The notes: generated by a model from the sequence alone, not told the origin. Positions 1 to 11,242 are shown, numbered from the stretch's first letter. The stretch: DNA of 64,000 nucleotides from Thermoplasmata archaeon (GCA_049965815.1 JBMFVV010000005.1:7315-71314); one strand, 5' to 3'. Program-made: numbers and translations.

Positions 1-59
1 ATCAAGAGCCTAACTTTGCATGTGGTCAATGGGTGGATTCAAATCCCAGGATTCAGACT

Positions 60-1706
60 TCACGTAAACGTGAATTTCTTCCTTGAATAGTCGAACAGGC
101 GGATCCAGATCACGTAGCTGATGATTATTATGACAATGATCATGAAGATGTCTATGGCGTCAGTGAGCAGAAGGTTCCCGCTGGCAATTGACTGATCTAT
201 CATCTTCATCAGGCCAAATGAGACGGTATACGTTCCAGATGGCAGCTTCTGATACTCCCCCACCATCAATCCTGCCCAGTAACTCCCAATTGCAGACATG
301 GACCCCGTGATAAGCGCTGGAATTATTGCGGGAATTGTGAGGTATCTCAGTTTCTTCATTCTGTTGAGCTTGAGTGTTGTTGCAACCATCTCAAAATCTG
401 CAGGTATGGTCCTTGCGGCGCCGAAGACGTTGAAGAAAATATATGATGCCGCCGAGAGGTACGTTATGATGAGAACCTCTATGTTCAGAGAAATGTCGAA
501 TGAGAGGAATTTCATCAGGAAAGGCGTGAGATAAACGAGTATGAGCGGATAGAATATTGGAGCAGGAACTGAGTAGAGGACCTGCATTCCACTGTTCAGT
601 ATGTCCCCTTCCCTCCTTCTTTTACCTGCAATTATGGCAAGTGGTACCATGGTAGCGAGTGAAATGACATACACGATTACAATCCTCAAGAGGTCGTAAG
701 CAGTTCCCACAGCCGCAGAAAGGAAGAATGAAGGTTTTATCACGTAAACAGAAAATGCAGCTGCGAACCCTGACTGGGCTATGAGATATATTGATACTGA
801 GAGTATGAGTATCAACACGGAGCCAACAGTTATGTTGAGAGCGCGGGAAGATGACCTGAATCTCTTCGTCCTACCGGCAACGCTCGGAAGTTTGGATGCG
901 ATCTTGCCCACAGACGAGACGAAGCTAGTGAGAGACCCCGCGACCTGGCTGGTCCTCTGATAAACTGAGGACATCATCTCGTTCCTTCTCCTCATCTTTC
1001 TCTGCCCCTGTGCTCCTGTATCTGCTTCAAACGTGTAACGTTCAGTCATCCTTATCAGAGGGTTGATGATGTAGCGTGAATTGATTATGATCACTATCAC
1101 CATGACGAGTATCATGATGAGAGTACCTGCAAGATCCTGGCGGCTTGCCAGTTCAACCGCAACCTGTCCTATACCGAAAACGTGGTAGTCCTGGGAACCC
1201 AATTGTATAACCTCTGAAAGAGTGATGTAGAACAGTCCGCTTGCGAAACTTGGCATGATGTTTGCAACTATCTTCTGATAGCTGGAGGGAAGGTAGAGAT
1301 ACCTGAACCTTTTCCAAAGGGACATCTTGAATGCGTATGTGGATTCAAGCAGCTCCTGCGGAATGTGTGTGACAGCCTGGTAAACGCCTATTATTATGTT
1401 CCATACGAGTGCAGTTATGATCAGCACGTCAACAGACAGTTCCGTCCCCACTGGTCCTCCAATGTCCTTCAGAAAAAAGACCAGCACTATTGGGAAGAAG
1501 GAGATGACGGGAATTGCCTCAAGTACATCAACGATGGGTATCAGTATCAATTCCGCTACCCTGACCCTCGCGGCAAGTATTCCCACGATAACTGCTATGA
1601 AAATGGAAATACCCATGAGAATCCACAATCTTAGGAATGTGACACCTGTTGCCTCAAGTATGAGAAGTATGAGGGCGAAACTTACCATGACTCCCAACAC
1701 AATCAA
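60..1706 (-). CDS. ABC transporter permease, fused double-permease (NitT/TauT nitrate/sulfonate/bicarbonate-type)
   Basis: 548-aa polytopic membrane ORF with two permease-like hydrophobic halves joined by a charged linker (QGQRKMRRRNE). It is divergently paired with the ABC ATPase gene at 1877. Confidence 0.75.
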   Translation of the reverse strand: MIVLGVMVSFALILLILEATGVTFLRLWILMGISIFIAVIVGILAARVRVAELILIPIVDVLEAIPVISFFPIVLVFFLKDIGGPVGTELSVDVLIITALVWNIIIGVYQAVTHIPQELLESTYAFKMSLWKRFRYLYLPSSYQKIVANIMPSFASGLFYITLSEVIQLGSQDYHVFGIGQVAVELASRQDLAGTLIMILVMVIVIIINSRYIINPLIRMTERYTFEADTGAQGQRKMRRRNEMMSSVYQRTSQVAGSLTSFVSSVGKIASKLPSVAGRTKRFRSSSRALNITVGSVLILILSVSIYLIAQSGFAAAFSVYVIKPSFFLSAAVGTAYDLLRIVIVYVISLATMVPLAIIAGKRRREGDILNSGMQVLYSVPAPIFYPLILVYLTPFLMKFLSFDISLNIEVLIITYLSAASYIFFNVFGAARTIPADFEMVATTLKLNRMKKLRYLTIPAIIPALITGSMSAIGSYWAGLMVGEYQKLPSGTYTVSFGLMKMIDQSIASGNLLLTDAIDIFMIIVIIIISYVIWIRLFDYSRKKFTFT

Positions 1707-1876
1707 ACGTGCGTAGAAATCCTTTTCCTAAGCTAATACGTTTTAACGGGAGAGATTTCTTAGAAGTGAAGATGAAAAATTCCATCATCGGTCCATTCCC
1801 AGCCGTCCCAGCCCACTCCTCTGGTCCTGTAATGACGGGTAAGTAGTTCTATGTCAGGCAAGACTATATAATATCA

Positions 1877-2647
1877 TTGCCTTTGGCATTGATGGATTTA
1901 CTGGAACTGAAAGGTATAGGAGTTGAATATGACTCCAACGGAAAGAAGCTTCTTTCACTCAGTAACGTATCTTTCTCCATCCAGAGCAACCAGTTTGTGT
2001 CCATAATTGGCCCATCAGGTTGCGGAAAATCCACAATAATCAAGATTCTCCTTGGGCTCCTGAAACCGTCGGCTGGTTCCATCACCCTTGGAGGGAAACC
2101 GTTTGACGCATCTAACCTGAAGTTCTCAGTCGTGTTCCAGAATCCAGCCCTGTTTCCTTGGCTTGACGTGCTGAAGAACGTGGAAATCGCGCTGGAGGCA
2201 ATAACGGATGACGAGAAATACATCAGGGAAACAGCAGAGAAATTCATAAAGATTGTTGGAATAGATGGTTTTGAGGAAGCGTACCCGAGGGAACTTTCTG
2301 GCGGCATGAAGCAGAGGGTATCGATAGCAAGGGCACTTGCAACAGGGCCTGATCTGCTGTTGCTGGATGAACCATTTGCAGCGCTCGACGTGTTCTCCGC
2401 ACAGGCACTGAGGGAAGAGCTCCTTGACCTATGGGAATCACCCGACCTTCCCCCGGATACTGTTTTCATGGTGACGCACAATGTGGACGAGGCAGTGCAG
2501 ATGAGCGACAAGATAATAGTGCTCAGCCCCAGGCCAGGAAGGGTTCTGGGGGAGATAAAGGTCGAGCTGCCAAGGCCAAGAAACACAAGGAGTGAAGAAT
2601 TCTACTCCGTAGTTGACTCAGTCGTAAAACTGATGTCGTCCGACTAG
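1877..2647 (+). CDS. ABC transporter ATP-binding protein (NitT/TauT-type)
   Basis: Walker A GPSGCGKST, ABC signature LSGGMKQRVSIARAL, Walker B LLLLDEPF, H-loop VTHNVDEA. Confidence 0.9.
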   Translation: MPLALMDLLELKGIGVEYDSNGKKLLSLSNVSFSIQSNQFVSIIGPSGCGKSTIIKILLGLLKPSAGSITLGGKPFDASNLKFSVVFQNPALFPWLDVLKNVEIALEAITDDEKYIRETAEKFIKIVGIDGFEEAYPRELSGGMKQRVSIARALATGPDLLLLDEPFAALDVFSAQALREELLDLWESPDLPPDTVFMVTHNVDEAVQMSDKIIVLSPRPGRVLGEIKVELPRPRNTRSEEFYSVVDSVVKLMSSD

Positions 2648-3126
2648 CCCTGGTAGACCAGCAGGCCAACGTCCCTGTCAAATGTAAATAGCTTTGTGTA
2701 CCTTCCCCAGTTCAGCACAATCTTGAATGTATCGTCGTGCTCGCCTGCAGGGAATATCTCGCCAAGATACTTTTCAACTTCCTCGCTCTGAATCTCCTTA
2801 GCGCCGCGGGACTTGAAGTAGTTTATCAGCGAATGAAATGGTTCAACTTCCTTCACAAGCTCCTTCAGCTGCTTCTTTCTCTCCTCTGTGTTCGACTGAA
2901 GGAATTTCTTTCCAACTTCAGTGAGAGTTGCATCACCATTCGATACCTTGATCAGATTGAGGCTCTCTGCATCATCAAGAAGATTCATCAGCGTCGTCCT
3001 CTCTTCGTCCAGCGAATCGTCCAGCTTTGCTATGTCCGTCGATTTGCCTATGTCTTCCAGTATCTCCAGTAATCCTATCAAACTGTTCGGGCCAACGGTC
3101 TCAAGACGATGCATATGTCGATTCAA
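2644..3126 (-). CDS. Stand-alone protein resembling the C-terminal AAA-associated domain of nitrate/sulfonate ABC ATPases
   Basis: 160 aa. The pattern LIGLLEIL..DIAKL..DEERTTLMNLLDDAESLNLIKVSNGDATLTEVGKKF...NWGRYTKLFTFD matches my recollection of the PF09821-type domain. It converges on the ABC ATPase gene with a 4-nt tail-to-tail overlap. Confidence 0.45.
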   Translation of the reverse strand: MNRHMHRLETVGPNSLIGLLEILEDIGKSTDIAKLDDSLDEERTTLMNLLDDAESLNLIKVSNGDATLTEVGKKFLQSNTEERKKQLKELVKEVEPFHSLINYFKSRGAKEIQSEEVEKYLGEIFPAGEHDDTFKIVLNWGRYTKLFTFDRDVGLLVYQG

Positions 3127-3175
3127 TAAACATTATAATACCAAGTTTAAAAACATAATGATTGCATCAGTTTAA

Positions 3176-5119
3176 CTACTTTCTTCCCTTTTGCACAAGT
3201 GGTTCAAGGGAAAACTGCTTGATAGTATAGTTCCTCGGTGAAGAAAATGGCCTGAATTCCTTCCCGTTTCCTGTGAAGAACTTGCTGAAGAATTCTACGT
3301 AAATCAGCCTTGCACCCTGTATTCCAGGTTCGAAGATAGCTATGACAAGATTCAGCATCTGGCCTACGATAAGTATTACGAATCCAAATATGATAAGCCC
3401 GATGGAATGTTTCAGCGTACCGAGGAATATATCGTCGAACACAAGGGCCAATATGACTGATGACAGGAGTATGCCGACAAGCCTGGTATAGGAGAGGATG
3501 TGGCTGATGATTGTCGTGACCTCCAGCATGGCCTGGACCTTCTCAGAGTAAAGTACGATTCCAAGTCCAGCGGCAAGCATCGGGAATGCGATCAGGGCAA
3601 AGATGTTCGTCGACGGGTTGAGGCTCTGCCTCTTCAGTACCTCGAGTCCTATGATGACGATTGAATACGCTAGCAGGAGCCAGCCTATCTTCCCTATGGC
3701 TTCCTTTGTTCTACCGTGGATATAATTTATCACGAATCCAAATATGAGACCCACGCTCACCATTGCCACCCCAACGTACCCGGACATCAGGAGAAGCAAC
3801 TTCAGGCCGGCTGGCTGGAGAACAGCAAAGTGTGGATAATTGAAATTGAATCCAAAATAATTATCAAACAGTACGCCTATGGCAATTGCTATGATTGAGC
3901 CGGGTATCATCGCCTTTGCAACTATCTTGAGGCTTCTCCTGCTCATCATGCTGAGCACGAATCTTCCGATGAACTTTGGCATCCTCGATTTCTTTGGGGG
4001 GTGATCCACCCTCCTGATGATCCAGAGTGATAGCAGCAGTATTGTTAACCCATACCCCACATCACCTATCATGAATCCGAAGAATATCGGGAATATCAGC
4101 GCAAATACGAGTGTTGGGTCAAACTCCACCGACTGGGGGAGGGAATAGAAGCGGATGAAAAACTCGAACAGCCTTATCCTCTTGGGATTTTTCAGCGCTG
4201 TCGGCGGAATCTCTTCCGTTTTCACCTTCTCAACTATTATCTCGTCCTTTGTCACTGATGACAGGACACTATTCATCTGATCGAAATTCATGGCTGGAAC
4301 CCAGCCCTCCAGGACAACGGCTCTCTCAGTCCCGAATAACTTTGACGACACATCGATCTTCTTCAGTTCAATGTCCAGCTGTTCCCTTATTGCTGCCACA
4401 GTGCTGAAGTTCCTGTCTGATATTTTACCAAGATCAGCCCTGATCTCTTCTATCAGCTTCACGGTTTCCGCCAGTTTCTCTTTCAGCCTGGAAAGAACAG
4501 TTTGAACATCGCCGCTTTCGTTTGGTACGGGGAGGATGTCAATCTTCTCGTTCTTCACGATATCAGCAAATTGAGACTCCGAATACTTCGGGATTACGGC
4601 AAGGATGTAATCGCCTCCGCCGACCAGCATTGAATCCTTTATTGCCTTCAGTTTCACAGTGACGTTTGCATCGTTCTTTACCAGGTAGGATGTGAGACTG
4701 CTCCCGCTGAGCAGTGATAAATCTCCCTTGTAGAATGTCATTTTGTCCAGGACGGATACCTCTTCCTGTATCAGTTTCTGGTTGGACAGGGCCTCGCTTT
4801 CCCTTTCCCTCAGGCCCCTCACCTGATCGAAGATACCAATGCTCTCAGCTGCAGCCACCAGTTCCCTGATGTCCCTGAAGAGCATCTTCTCCTCAACTTC
4901 CCTAGGAACCATGGATGATTCCAGGCCCCTGATCTTCCTCGAGAGATCGCTGAGTTTTGCATACGACTCACCTGCAGGCAGTGGTTTTATCATGTCAGAA
5001 GTGATGGAAACAGGCTCAATCTGTATAATTCCCATGTCGTGGAGTGCGGAGAGTACCACCTCTTCGTTTGACTTTGTCGAAATGATCCTCACTCTCAGCA
5101 TCTTCACGGGCGTTAGCAT
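3176..5119 (-). CDS. atpI: A1A0 ATP synthase subunit I (stator/proton channel a-subunit homolog)
   Basis: 647 aa with a soluble coiled N-terminal half and a polytopic C-terminal half. It is the last gene of the ATP synthase cluster. Confidence 0.85.
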   Translation of the reverse strand: MLTPVKMLRVRIISTKSNEEVVLSALHDMGIIQIEPVSITSDMIKPLPAGESYAKLSDLSRKIRGLESSMVPREVEEKMLFRDIRELVAAAESIGIFDQVRGLRERESEALSNQKLIQEEVSVLDKMTFYKGDLSLLSGSSLTSYLVKNDANVTVKLKAIKDSMLVGGGDYILAVIPKYSESQFADIVKNEKIDILPVPNESGDVQTVLSRLKEKLAETVKLIEEIRADLGKISDRNFSTVAAIREQLDIELKKIDVSSKLFGTERAVVLEGWVPAMNFDQMNSVLSSVTKDEIIVEKVKTEEIPPTALKNPKRIRLFEFFIRFYSLPQSVEFDPTLVFALIFPIFFGFMIGDVGYGLTILLLSLWIIRRVDHPPKKSRMPKFIGRFVLSMMSRRSLKIVAKAMIPGSIIAIAIGVLFDNYFGFNFNYPHFAVLQPAGLKLLLLMSGYVGVAMVSVGLIFGFVINYIHGRTKEAIGKIGWLLLAYSIVIIGLEVLKRQSLNPSTNIFALIAFPMLAAGLGIVLYSEKVQAMLEVTTIISHILSYTRLVGILLSSVILALVFDDIFLGTLKHSIGLIIFGFVILIVGQMLNLVIAIFEPGIQGARLIYVEFFSKFFTGNGKEFRPFSSPRNYTIKQFSLEPLVQKGRK

Positions 5120-5128
5120 ATCTTTACC

Positions 5129-5437
5129 TCATTCTAGTATTGTATTCATCATCTTGTCCAGCACTTCCTTGGAAACCTGCCTCTTCAGCTTGCCTATCTC
5201 CTCATCGAATTTCCTCTCTATCTCCTTTGCATCCTTTGAAGCAGCTTCTCTCTCTGCGTTCATCTTTTCTTCGTATTCCTTCCTTGCAGCTTCCTCGGCT
5301 TCCCTTAGTATTTCCTTCTTCCTTTCCTGTGCTTCCTTCACTATTCTCTTTGCTTCGTCTGCTGCCCTAGCAAGCCTTTCCTGGCTCTCCTTTTCCTTCT
5401 CCTTTATAGCTTTCAGCGTATCCAGATCCGCAGTCAC
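5129..5437 (-). CDS. atpH: A1A0 ATP synthase subunit H (V-type subunit G-like)
   Basis: 102 aa, highly charged E/K/A-rich predicted coiled coil. It lies 9 nt upstream of atpI and uses a GTG start. Confidence 0.6.
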   Translation of the reverse strand: MTADLDTLKAIKEKEKESQERLARAADEAKRIVKEAQERKKEILREAEEAARKEYEEKMNAEREAASKDAKEIERKFDEEIGKLKRQVSKEVLDKMMNTILE

Positions 5438-5545
5438 AATATCACCTTCAGAATGATGTAAACCGCTACCATGAGGATGGCAAGATTCACTGCCACTATC
5501 ACCCTCGTGGCAAGGAAGAACTTCCTCTGGGATGGGTTGGCGAAC

Positions 5546-6208
5546 CTATACAGCCTCCTCACCCCTTTCCTCCATCTTTCCCTTAATTATCTTGAGTGTG
5601 ATGAACGTCTCCCTATCTATCTCATCCAGCCTCATCTTGATGTAGCTGGCCGTTTCCGTGAGCCTCGGAATGAGAACGTTCTCTATGGAATTTGTTCTCC
5701 TTTTCGTTTTGTCAATTTCAATGAGCAGTTTCCTCATTGCAATCTCCTTCTCGGCTATCATCATCAGATAGTTCAGGAGATCCTTGAAACTCCTCCTCGT
5801 TTCCATCAGGGAAGTGGGCAGGGAAATGTTCTCATAGAGTTCGTTCATGAAAGAATCCTCCCTTGTCATTGCTACCTCAGGGATCCTGACTCCCATCACG
5901 TTCTTTGCCGCTATGTCGACCTTCAGGTGCGGCTGGAAGAATGCCGTGTTCTCGATCTCAAGTTTTCCTGCCATGATTTCGGAGAGCCTCTCGCTCTCCA
6001 TTGCCTCTTCTATGCTCTTCGTCACATCTTCCCTCATCCCCTTCACCTCCTTTGCGACCTTGAAGAATTCCATGATCAGTGAGGAACGCTTGAGTTTCAG
6101 TAGGTCCAGCCCCCTCTTCGCAAGCCTTATCCTCCCCCTCGTTTTGAGGAGTTCCATCCTCGTTGGTCTTATATCTGAAATCTCCAACTCATTTCCCCCA
6201 TTTACCAT
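5546..6208 (-). CDS. atpD: A1A0 ATP synthase subunit D (central stalk)
   Basis: 220 aa. The N-terminus [27 protein letters not shown] is typical of subunit D. It overlaps the atpB stop by 20 nt. Confidence 0.85.
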   Translation of the reverse strand: MVNGGNELEISDIRPTRMELLKTRGRIRLAKRGLDLLKLKRSSLIMEFFKVAKEVKGMREDVTKSIEEAMESERLSEIMAGKLEIENTAFFQPHLKVDIAAKNVMGVRIPEVAMTREDSFMNELYENISLPTSLMETRRSFKDLLNYLMMIAEKEIAMRKLLIEIDKTKRRTNSIENVLIPRLTETASYIKMRLDEIDRETFITLKIIKGKMEERGEEAV

Positions 6209-7571
6209 ACTTCTGGATGTATTCCCTCTTCACCCTGTTCATCTCCATTTCTGGGAGGCTTGCCAGTAGTTCCCAGCCCTTGTCCAGCGTTGTCTCCACT
6301 GCCCTGTCCTCATTGTACCCCTGGTTGACGAAATTTGCCTCGAATTGGTTGGCGAACTCCAGGTACGTCCTGTCATCCTTCCCCAGCGCTTCCATCCCAA
6401 CGATTGAGCTGAGACTCTTGAGGTCAGTACCACGGCCGTACGCAGAATAAAGCTGGTCGGCGACGCCACGGTGGTCCTCCCTCGTTCTTCCCTTCCCGAT
6501 CCCCTGGTTCATCAGCCTTGATAGGGAGGGTAGGACGTTTATGGGCGGATATATGCCTCTCCTGTGCAGTTCCCTGCTAACGAATATCTGCCCCTCCGTT
6601 ATGTACCCCGTAAGGTCTGGAATAGGATGCGTCATGTCGTCTGATGGCATTGAAAGGATTGGTAACTGCGTAATGGATCCATTCCTCCCCTTTATCTTCC
6701 CCGCTCTTTCATAAATGGTTGAAAGGTCTGTGTAAAGGTAGCCGGGATATCCCCTTCTACCGGGGACCTCCTCTCTTGCTGCAGAAATTTCTCTCAGGGC
6801 TTCAGCATAATTCGTCATGTCAGTCAGTATGACAAGGACGTGCATCTCCCTCTCATACGCAAGGTATTCCGCCGCAGTCAGCGCAACCCTTGGAAGTATC
6901 GTCCTTTCCATTGATGGGTCAGAAGCGAGATTGAGGAAAAGCACTGACCTCATCAGTGCACCCGTGCTCCTGAACTCGTCTATGAAGAAGTTCGCTTCCT
7001 CAGATGTTATCCCCATGGCTGCGAAAACTATGGAAAAACCTTCAGATGAGCTCAGCACTTTCGCCTGTCTTGCAATCTGAGCTGCAAGCCTGTTGTGCGG
7101 AAGTCCAGATCCCGAGAACAGCGGCAATTTCTGTCCCCTGACGAGCGTGTTCATGCCGTCTATTGTGGAAATACCCGTCTGGATGAATTCAGAAGGTTCC
7201 TCCCTTGAATATGGATTTATTGCATTGCCTACGATCTCCACTTTCTCTTCAGAAATTATGTTACCCATCCCGTCCCTTGGCTCACCGAGTCCGTTGAATA
7301 CCCTTCCTATCATCTCGTCCGATACGGGTATCCTTGCGATATCCCCTGTGAATCTGACGGATGTGTTATCAACGTCAAGTCCAGTGGTCGGGCCGAATAT
7401 CTGCACTATCGCAATGCCCTTTCTTGCCTCAAGCACCTGCCCTGTCCTTCTTTCACCGTTTGAGAGCGTTATTTCAACCATTTCGGCGTATCCTACGTTC
7501 TCCACTCTCTCAACGAATAGCAGCGGTCCCGCTATCTTCGAAACTGTCTTGTACCTTATATCAGAACTCAT
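6189..7571 (-). CDS. atpB: A1A0 ATP synthase subunit B (non-catalytic)
   Basis: 460 aa with strong family resemblance ([22 protein letters not shown]). It overlaps the atpA stop by 4 nt. Confidence 0.95.
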   Translation of the reverse strand: MSSDIRYKTVSKIAGPLLFVERVENVGYAEMVEITLSNGERRTGQVLEARKGIAIVQIFGPTTGLDVDNTSVRFTGDIARIPVSDEMIGRVFNGLGEPRDGMGNIISEEKVEIVGNAINPYSREEPSEFIQTGISTIDGMNTLVRGQKLPLFSGSGLPHNRLAAQIARQAKVLSSSEGFSIVFAAMGITSEEANFFIDEFRSTGALMRSVLFLNLASDPSMERTILPRVALTAAEYLAYEREMHVLVILTDMTNYAEALREISAAREEVPGRRGYPGYLYTDLSTIYERAGKIKGRNGSITQLPILSMPSDDMTHPIPDLTGYITEGQIFVSRELHRRGIYPPINVLPSLSRLMNQGIGKGRTREDHRGVADQLYSAYGRGTDLKSLSSIVGMEALGKDDRTYLEFANQFEANFVNQGYNEDRAVETTLDKGWELLASLPEMEMNRVKREYIQKYGKWGK

Positions 7572-10500
7572 ATTTTGTCAGCCCTCCCCTTTATTTCATC
7601 CTCCATAAGCTTGGACAGGGAAGCGAAATACTGCTCAACCTCTCCCTCCTTAACCTCCTTGAACCTTGAAAGCTTCTCCCTGAAGGAAAGTGTATTCAGG
7701 TCTGAAACAGCAGCGCCTTTTGATACTGCATACTTTTCAAGCTGGTCCATCTGCAGTATTGATTTCAGGATGAGGAACTGCTTCCTGAGGGAACAGTAGG
7801 TATCAACATCGTCAAATGCACTCTGCTGCAGGAAATATTCCCTTATGGCCCTTGCAACATCAAGTACCTCCTTCTCATTTTCTGGCAGAGCATCATAACC
7901 GACCAGCTGTGCAACCTCCTGCAGTTCGCTCTCCTCCTGGAGTATCTCCATGCTTCTCAGGTACTGAGTATGCCATTCCTGTGAAACGTTCTTTTCAAAC
8001 CATTTCCTCACTTCCTCGGAGTAAAGTGAATAACTGGTCAGCCAGTTCACCGACGGGAAGTGCCTCCTCTGTGCGAGTGATGCATCCAGCCCCCAGAAAA
8101 CCCTAGTGACCCTGAGCGTGTTCTGTGAAACGGGTTCGGAAATATCCCCACCTGGCGGTGATACTGCCCCTATTATCGTTACCGATCCTGTTCTTTCCTT
8201 CTGCCCCAGCACTACTGAATTACCCGCCCTTTCGTAGAATTCAGCAACCCTTCTCCCGAGATAAGCCGGATACCCCTCTTCTCCGGGCATCTCTTCAAGT
8301 CTACCTGATATCTCCCTCAGCGCTTCCGCCCATCTTGATGTGCTGTCGGCCATGAGGGCAACGTTATAACCCATGTCCCTGAAGTATTCTGCCATTGTGA
8401 CTCCTGTGTAGATGCTAGCCTCCCTTGCAGCCACAGGCATGTTTGAAGTGTTTGCTATCAATATTGTTCTTTCCATGAGCGGTTTCCCAGTCTTCGGGTC
8501 TGTCAGTTCTGGGAAGGTCGTGAGAATCTCAGTCATCTCATTTCCCCTTTCACCGCATCCTACGTAAATGACAACCTCAGAATCTGCCCATTTTGCCAGC
8601 TGGTGCTGAACGACAGTGTTGTGAAGCACTATCCCGCCATAGCCACCTATGAAATTTTGTCCATAATCAGGCACTGAAACATCATAAACAGTGAATGGTC
8701 CATCCTCTACTTCTATACTGGTTATCTCATCAGAATACACGTAATTAGAGGCATTTGCTATTGTTCCTAATCTTTCAGATATTGAAGCTCCCACGTCTTC
8801 TTCTACAATTTGCATAAAATTTGAGAAAGTGTTCATGCTCATATGTTCATTGTTGCCTATGTAATTGAAAATTTCAATTCCGTTATCGAGCAGTTTAGAA
8901 TAAGATGTTCTTCTGTACATCTCTGACAAAAACTCCCTTGACGCAGGGACAATGTTAAGGGAGTCAAATGAACGCTTCTTAGAAGCAACATATTCCTGTA
9001 TGGAAGAAATCTTCCCGTGTTCTCCATGTATTGCATTATAAAAGAGCTCTAAATTGCTCTTGCTTCTGATGTAAATTCTATGATATACTCTCTCATTAAT
9101 TTCCCTCTTACCGAAGGTATGAATTATGCCAAGTCTAGTCAATAGATACGATAGTTGGGTCTTTAGACGCTCACTTGCAGTTGAAAGCTCAACCGTCCCA
9201 TCATAGAATGACCCATCTCCAATGAAATATGCCTGTAGAAATGCATTTAGGGTTTCTTGGCTAGATGATAAGATTAGATTTGGAATCTGCTTCACCGTGG
9301 CTGTTCTACCAGCTCCAATGACATCTAGGAAATTTACTAGTACCCTGCTGTGTATCAGTACATTGGGAGTTTTATTGCTCTGAATCTCCATCTTTGCATC
9401 TAGACCAAAAAGATCCTTTGACAACTTGATAAATCTTTCGAGTAAACTGCTTTCTGAATTAGTGAATACAACTGTTCCATCGCCTCTAATGTAACCTTCT
9501 GAAACATAATAACCAATGAATTCAGCCAGCTCGTTGCTTACCTTTTTGGGGAGTGTAGCGAGGCTGCTTCTTCTTTCACCTACTAGGAATTTGGGCCACG
9601 GGAGCGGCTTTCCCATCTTTTCATATACCACTTTTACCCATTCGAGTTTCGGTCTGATAGCTTTAGACTTTCTTGTCAACCCATATATAGCATATTTTGG
9701 AATGTCTATCTTGATTTTCCTTGAGGATGCTAACCTGAGCAACTCCGCAATTTCACTTCTTATGTTATCATCATCAACTCTTAACGATGAAAGTTCATAC
9801 GGATTGATTTCTTGGTCATTGCCATTAATGGAAACCTTTTTTGCGGACAGTATGTAATTTCCGATTGAAAGGTCCTTAGCCATTGTTTCTTCTATCTGGC
9901 CTCTCCCGTTTACTTTGAACAACTTGTGGACAGGGGTAACCCTTACTTCCCTTCCGGTTCGAGTTTTGACCTTTATCACGGTGTCACTCTTTCCTCTATA
10001 AATAATATTTGATTTGCTCTTGGCAATTCTATTCTCATTCAAGGAGAATAACTGAATGGAATCAGGAAGTTCAAGATATTCACCTCCATCCTCTTGTCTT
10101 TTTATGGATATATTTTCGTATTTTTTAAAGAGTTCTTCTATCTTTACTATAGAGCCATTTCCGAGCAGAACTGGGGTGTCTCCAGTGACGCATTTACCCG
10201 ACCCAAATGGACCAGGTACTGCAACCGTCCCGCCTTTTGCAACGGGGAAGAATGTGTCAATGACCCTTTGTCCAGTGATCAGGGGAATCTCCGGTGGCAG
10301 TTTCCTGACGACAGGTCTTGGCGACCTGACAGGCCAGTACTGCCCCATTGAAACTTCCCTGGGGCCTGACTTGGATGATAGATGCGCAACCGTCTCAGTT
10401 GGACCGAACTCTCCCTCTGATATGTCCGTGATCACTCCCTCCATCCCTGGTGGGACCATGACTCTGTGTTCTATTATCGACGTTTCCTGTACCGTCCCCA

Positions 10501-10897
10501 CCACATCACCCGCAGTCACGCTTTCCCCCTTCTTTACCGATGGGACGAATTTCCACTTCTTCTTCATGTCCACCGGATCGGGGTAAAGACCTCTCTTTAT
10601 GAAATCACCCGTTTGAGCCCTTATGACATCCAGAGGTCTCTGGATTCCGTCGTAAATTGACTTCAATACTCCAGGTGCAAGAAGAACTGAGAGTGGCCTG
10701 AGGGACGATTCCACCTTGTCACCTGGCTTTATGCCGCTGGTATCCTCGTAGACCTGGATGGTTGACTTGTTACCCTCCATCTTTATTATCTCGCCAACGA
10801 GTCCCATCTCGCCCACTCTCACAACATCGTACATCTTGGCACCCTCAACATCATCGCCGATCACAACCGGCCCCGCAACTCTCAATATCTTTCCCAT
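7568..10897 (-). CDS. atpA: A1A0 ATP synthase catalytic subunit A precursor, interrupted by a 525-aa intein in the P-loop
   Basis: 1109-aa ORF. The N-extein ends GPFGSGK and the C-extein begins [13 protein letters not shown]. The two exteins (235 + 349 aa) give a 584-aa mature subunit A. Confidence 0.95.
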   Translation of the reverse strand: MGKILRVAGPVVIGDDVEGAKMYDVVRVGEMGLVGEIIKMEGNKSTIQVYEDTSGIKPGDKVESSLRPLSVLLAPGVLKSIYDGIQRPLDVIRAQTGDFIKRGLYPDPVDMKKKWKFVPSVKKGESVTAGDVVGTVQETSIIEHRVMVPPGMEGVITDISEGEFGPTETVAHLSSKSGPREVSMGQYWPVRSPRPVVRKLPPEIPLITGQRVIDTFFPVAKGGTVAVPGPFGSGKCVTGDTPVLLGNGSIVKIEELFKKYENISIKRQEDGGEYLELPDSIQLFSLNENRIAKSKSNIIYRGKSDTVIKVKTRTGREVRVTPVHKLFKVNGRGQIEETMAKDLSIGNYILSAKKVSINGNDQEINPYELSSLRVDDDNIRSEIAELLRLASSRKIKIDIPKYAIYGLTRKSKAIRPKLEWVKVVYEKMGKPLPWPKFLVGERRSSLATLPKKVSNELAEFIGYYVSEGYIRGDGTVVFTNSESSLLERFIKLSKDLFGLDAKMEIQSNKTPNVLIHSRVLVNFLDVIGAGRTATVKQIPNLILSSSQETLNAFLQAYFIGDGSFYDGTVELSTASERLKTQLSYLLTRLGIIHTFGKREINERVYHRIYIRSKSNLELFYNAIHGEHGKISSIQEYVASKKRSFDSLNIVPASREFLSEMYRRTSYSKLLDNGIEIFNYIGNNEHMSMNTFSNFMQIVEEDVGASISERLGTIANASNYVYSDEITSIEVEDGPFTVYDVSVPDYGQNFIGGYGGIVLHNTVVQHQLAKWADSEVVIYVGCGERGNEMTEILTTFPELTDPKTGKPLMERTILIANTSNMPVAAREASIYTGVTMAEYFRDMGYNVALMADSTSRWAEALREISGRLEEMPGEEGYPAYLGRRVAEFYERAGNSVVLGQKERTGSVTIIGAVSPPGGDISEPVSQNTLRVTRVFWGLDASLAQRRHFPSVNWLTSYSLYSEEVRKWFEKNVSQEWHTQYLRSMEILQEESELQEVAQLVGYDALPENEKEVLDVARAIREYFLQQSAFDDVDTYCSLRKQFLILKSILQMDQLEKYAVSKGAAVSDLNTLSFREKLSRFKEVKEGEVEQYFASLSKLMEDEIKGRADKI
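8618..10192 (-). mobile_element. Intein with LAGLIDADG homing-endonuclease domain (AtpA/VMA P-loop site)
   Basis: Starts with Cys ([10 protein letters not shown]; I checked codon TGC at 10192-10190) and ends ...GGIVLHN, followed by a +1 Thr (ACT at 8617-8615). Block B is RVTPVH. The two LAGLIDADG-type motifs are [13 protein letters not shown] and [12 protein letters not shown]. The reading frame is uninterrupted. Confidence 0.9.
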
Positions 10898-11242
10898 TCA
10901 AATTCCTCCTAAATCTATCTTAATTCCAAGAACCCTTCTTGCCAGATCAGAAATTCCCTCTTCCTCTCCCGTGGCCTTCACAGGCACGAAAACGACAAGC
11001 GGAGATACGGATGTGCTGACCATTGCGAAGAACTTCCTGTCCAGGCTGCTCGCAAACGTGTTGGAAACGAGTATTAGACCGTATCTTCCTGAATAGTAGA
11101 GTTCCTTCAGCACATCAGGGAAGGTCTTCTCATCAGAAACAAATACGTCTTCTATGCCCACAAGCTTGAACCCTATGGATAGTTCCCTCTCACCTATGAA
11201 AGCAATCTTTCCGAACTTCTTCTTGTCATCCATCATCTTCAC
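10898..11242 (-). CDS. atpF: A1A0 ATP synthase subunit F
   Basis: 114 aa. It lies between atpC and atpA, abutting atpA with no gap. The KIAFIGERELSIGFKLVGI N-terminus is typical of subunit F. Confidence 0.8.
   Translation of the reverse strand: MKMMDDKKKFGKIAFIGERELSIGFKLVGIEDVFVSDEKTFPDVLKELYYSGRYGLILVSNTFASSLDRKFFAMVSTSVSPLVVFVPVKATGEEEGISDLARRVLGIKIDLGGI

Noticed and set aside
1-60. tRNA T-arm-like string GGATTCAAATCCCAGG at the left edge of the window, possibly a tRNA fragment or att site matching tRNA-Met.
   Set aside because: Only about 12 nt (TTCAAATCCCAG) match the tRNA-Met T-arm. The flanking bases do not form a T-stem or acceptor stem on either strand. The sequence is truncated by the window edge, so it cannot be evaluated.
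1864-2586. Long antisense ORFs opposite well-supported genes. Examples: 1864-2586, 4839-5456, 5471-6082, 5847-6269, 7093-7608, 10056-10586, 21793-22188, 22269-22790, 25082-25771, 29025-29645, 29438-30013, 50840-51337.
   Set aside because: Each lies entirely inside a gene with strong family motifs on the other strand. Their products are low-complexity (S/L/P-rich) with no recognisable features. Shadow ORFs of this kind are expected opposite codon-biased genes.
5438-5548. The atpD TAG stop is in frame with atpH across 36 stop-free codons (encoding ...CHEGDSGSESCHPHGSGLHH...). This hints at read-through or an atpD-atpH fusion.
   Set aside because: Thirty-six codons free of stops arise by chance at roughly 0.18 probability ((61/64)^36). 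There is no evidence for TAG recoding in this lineage, and atpH has its own GTG start.
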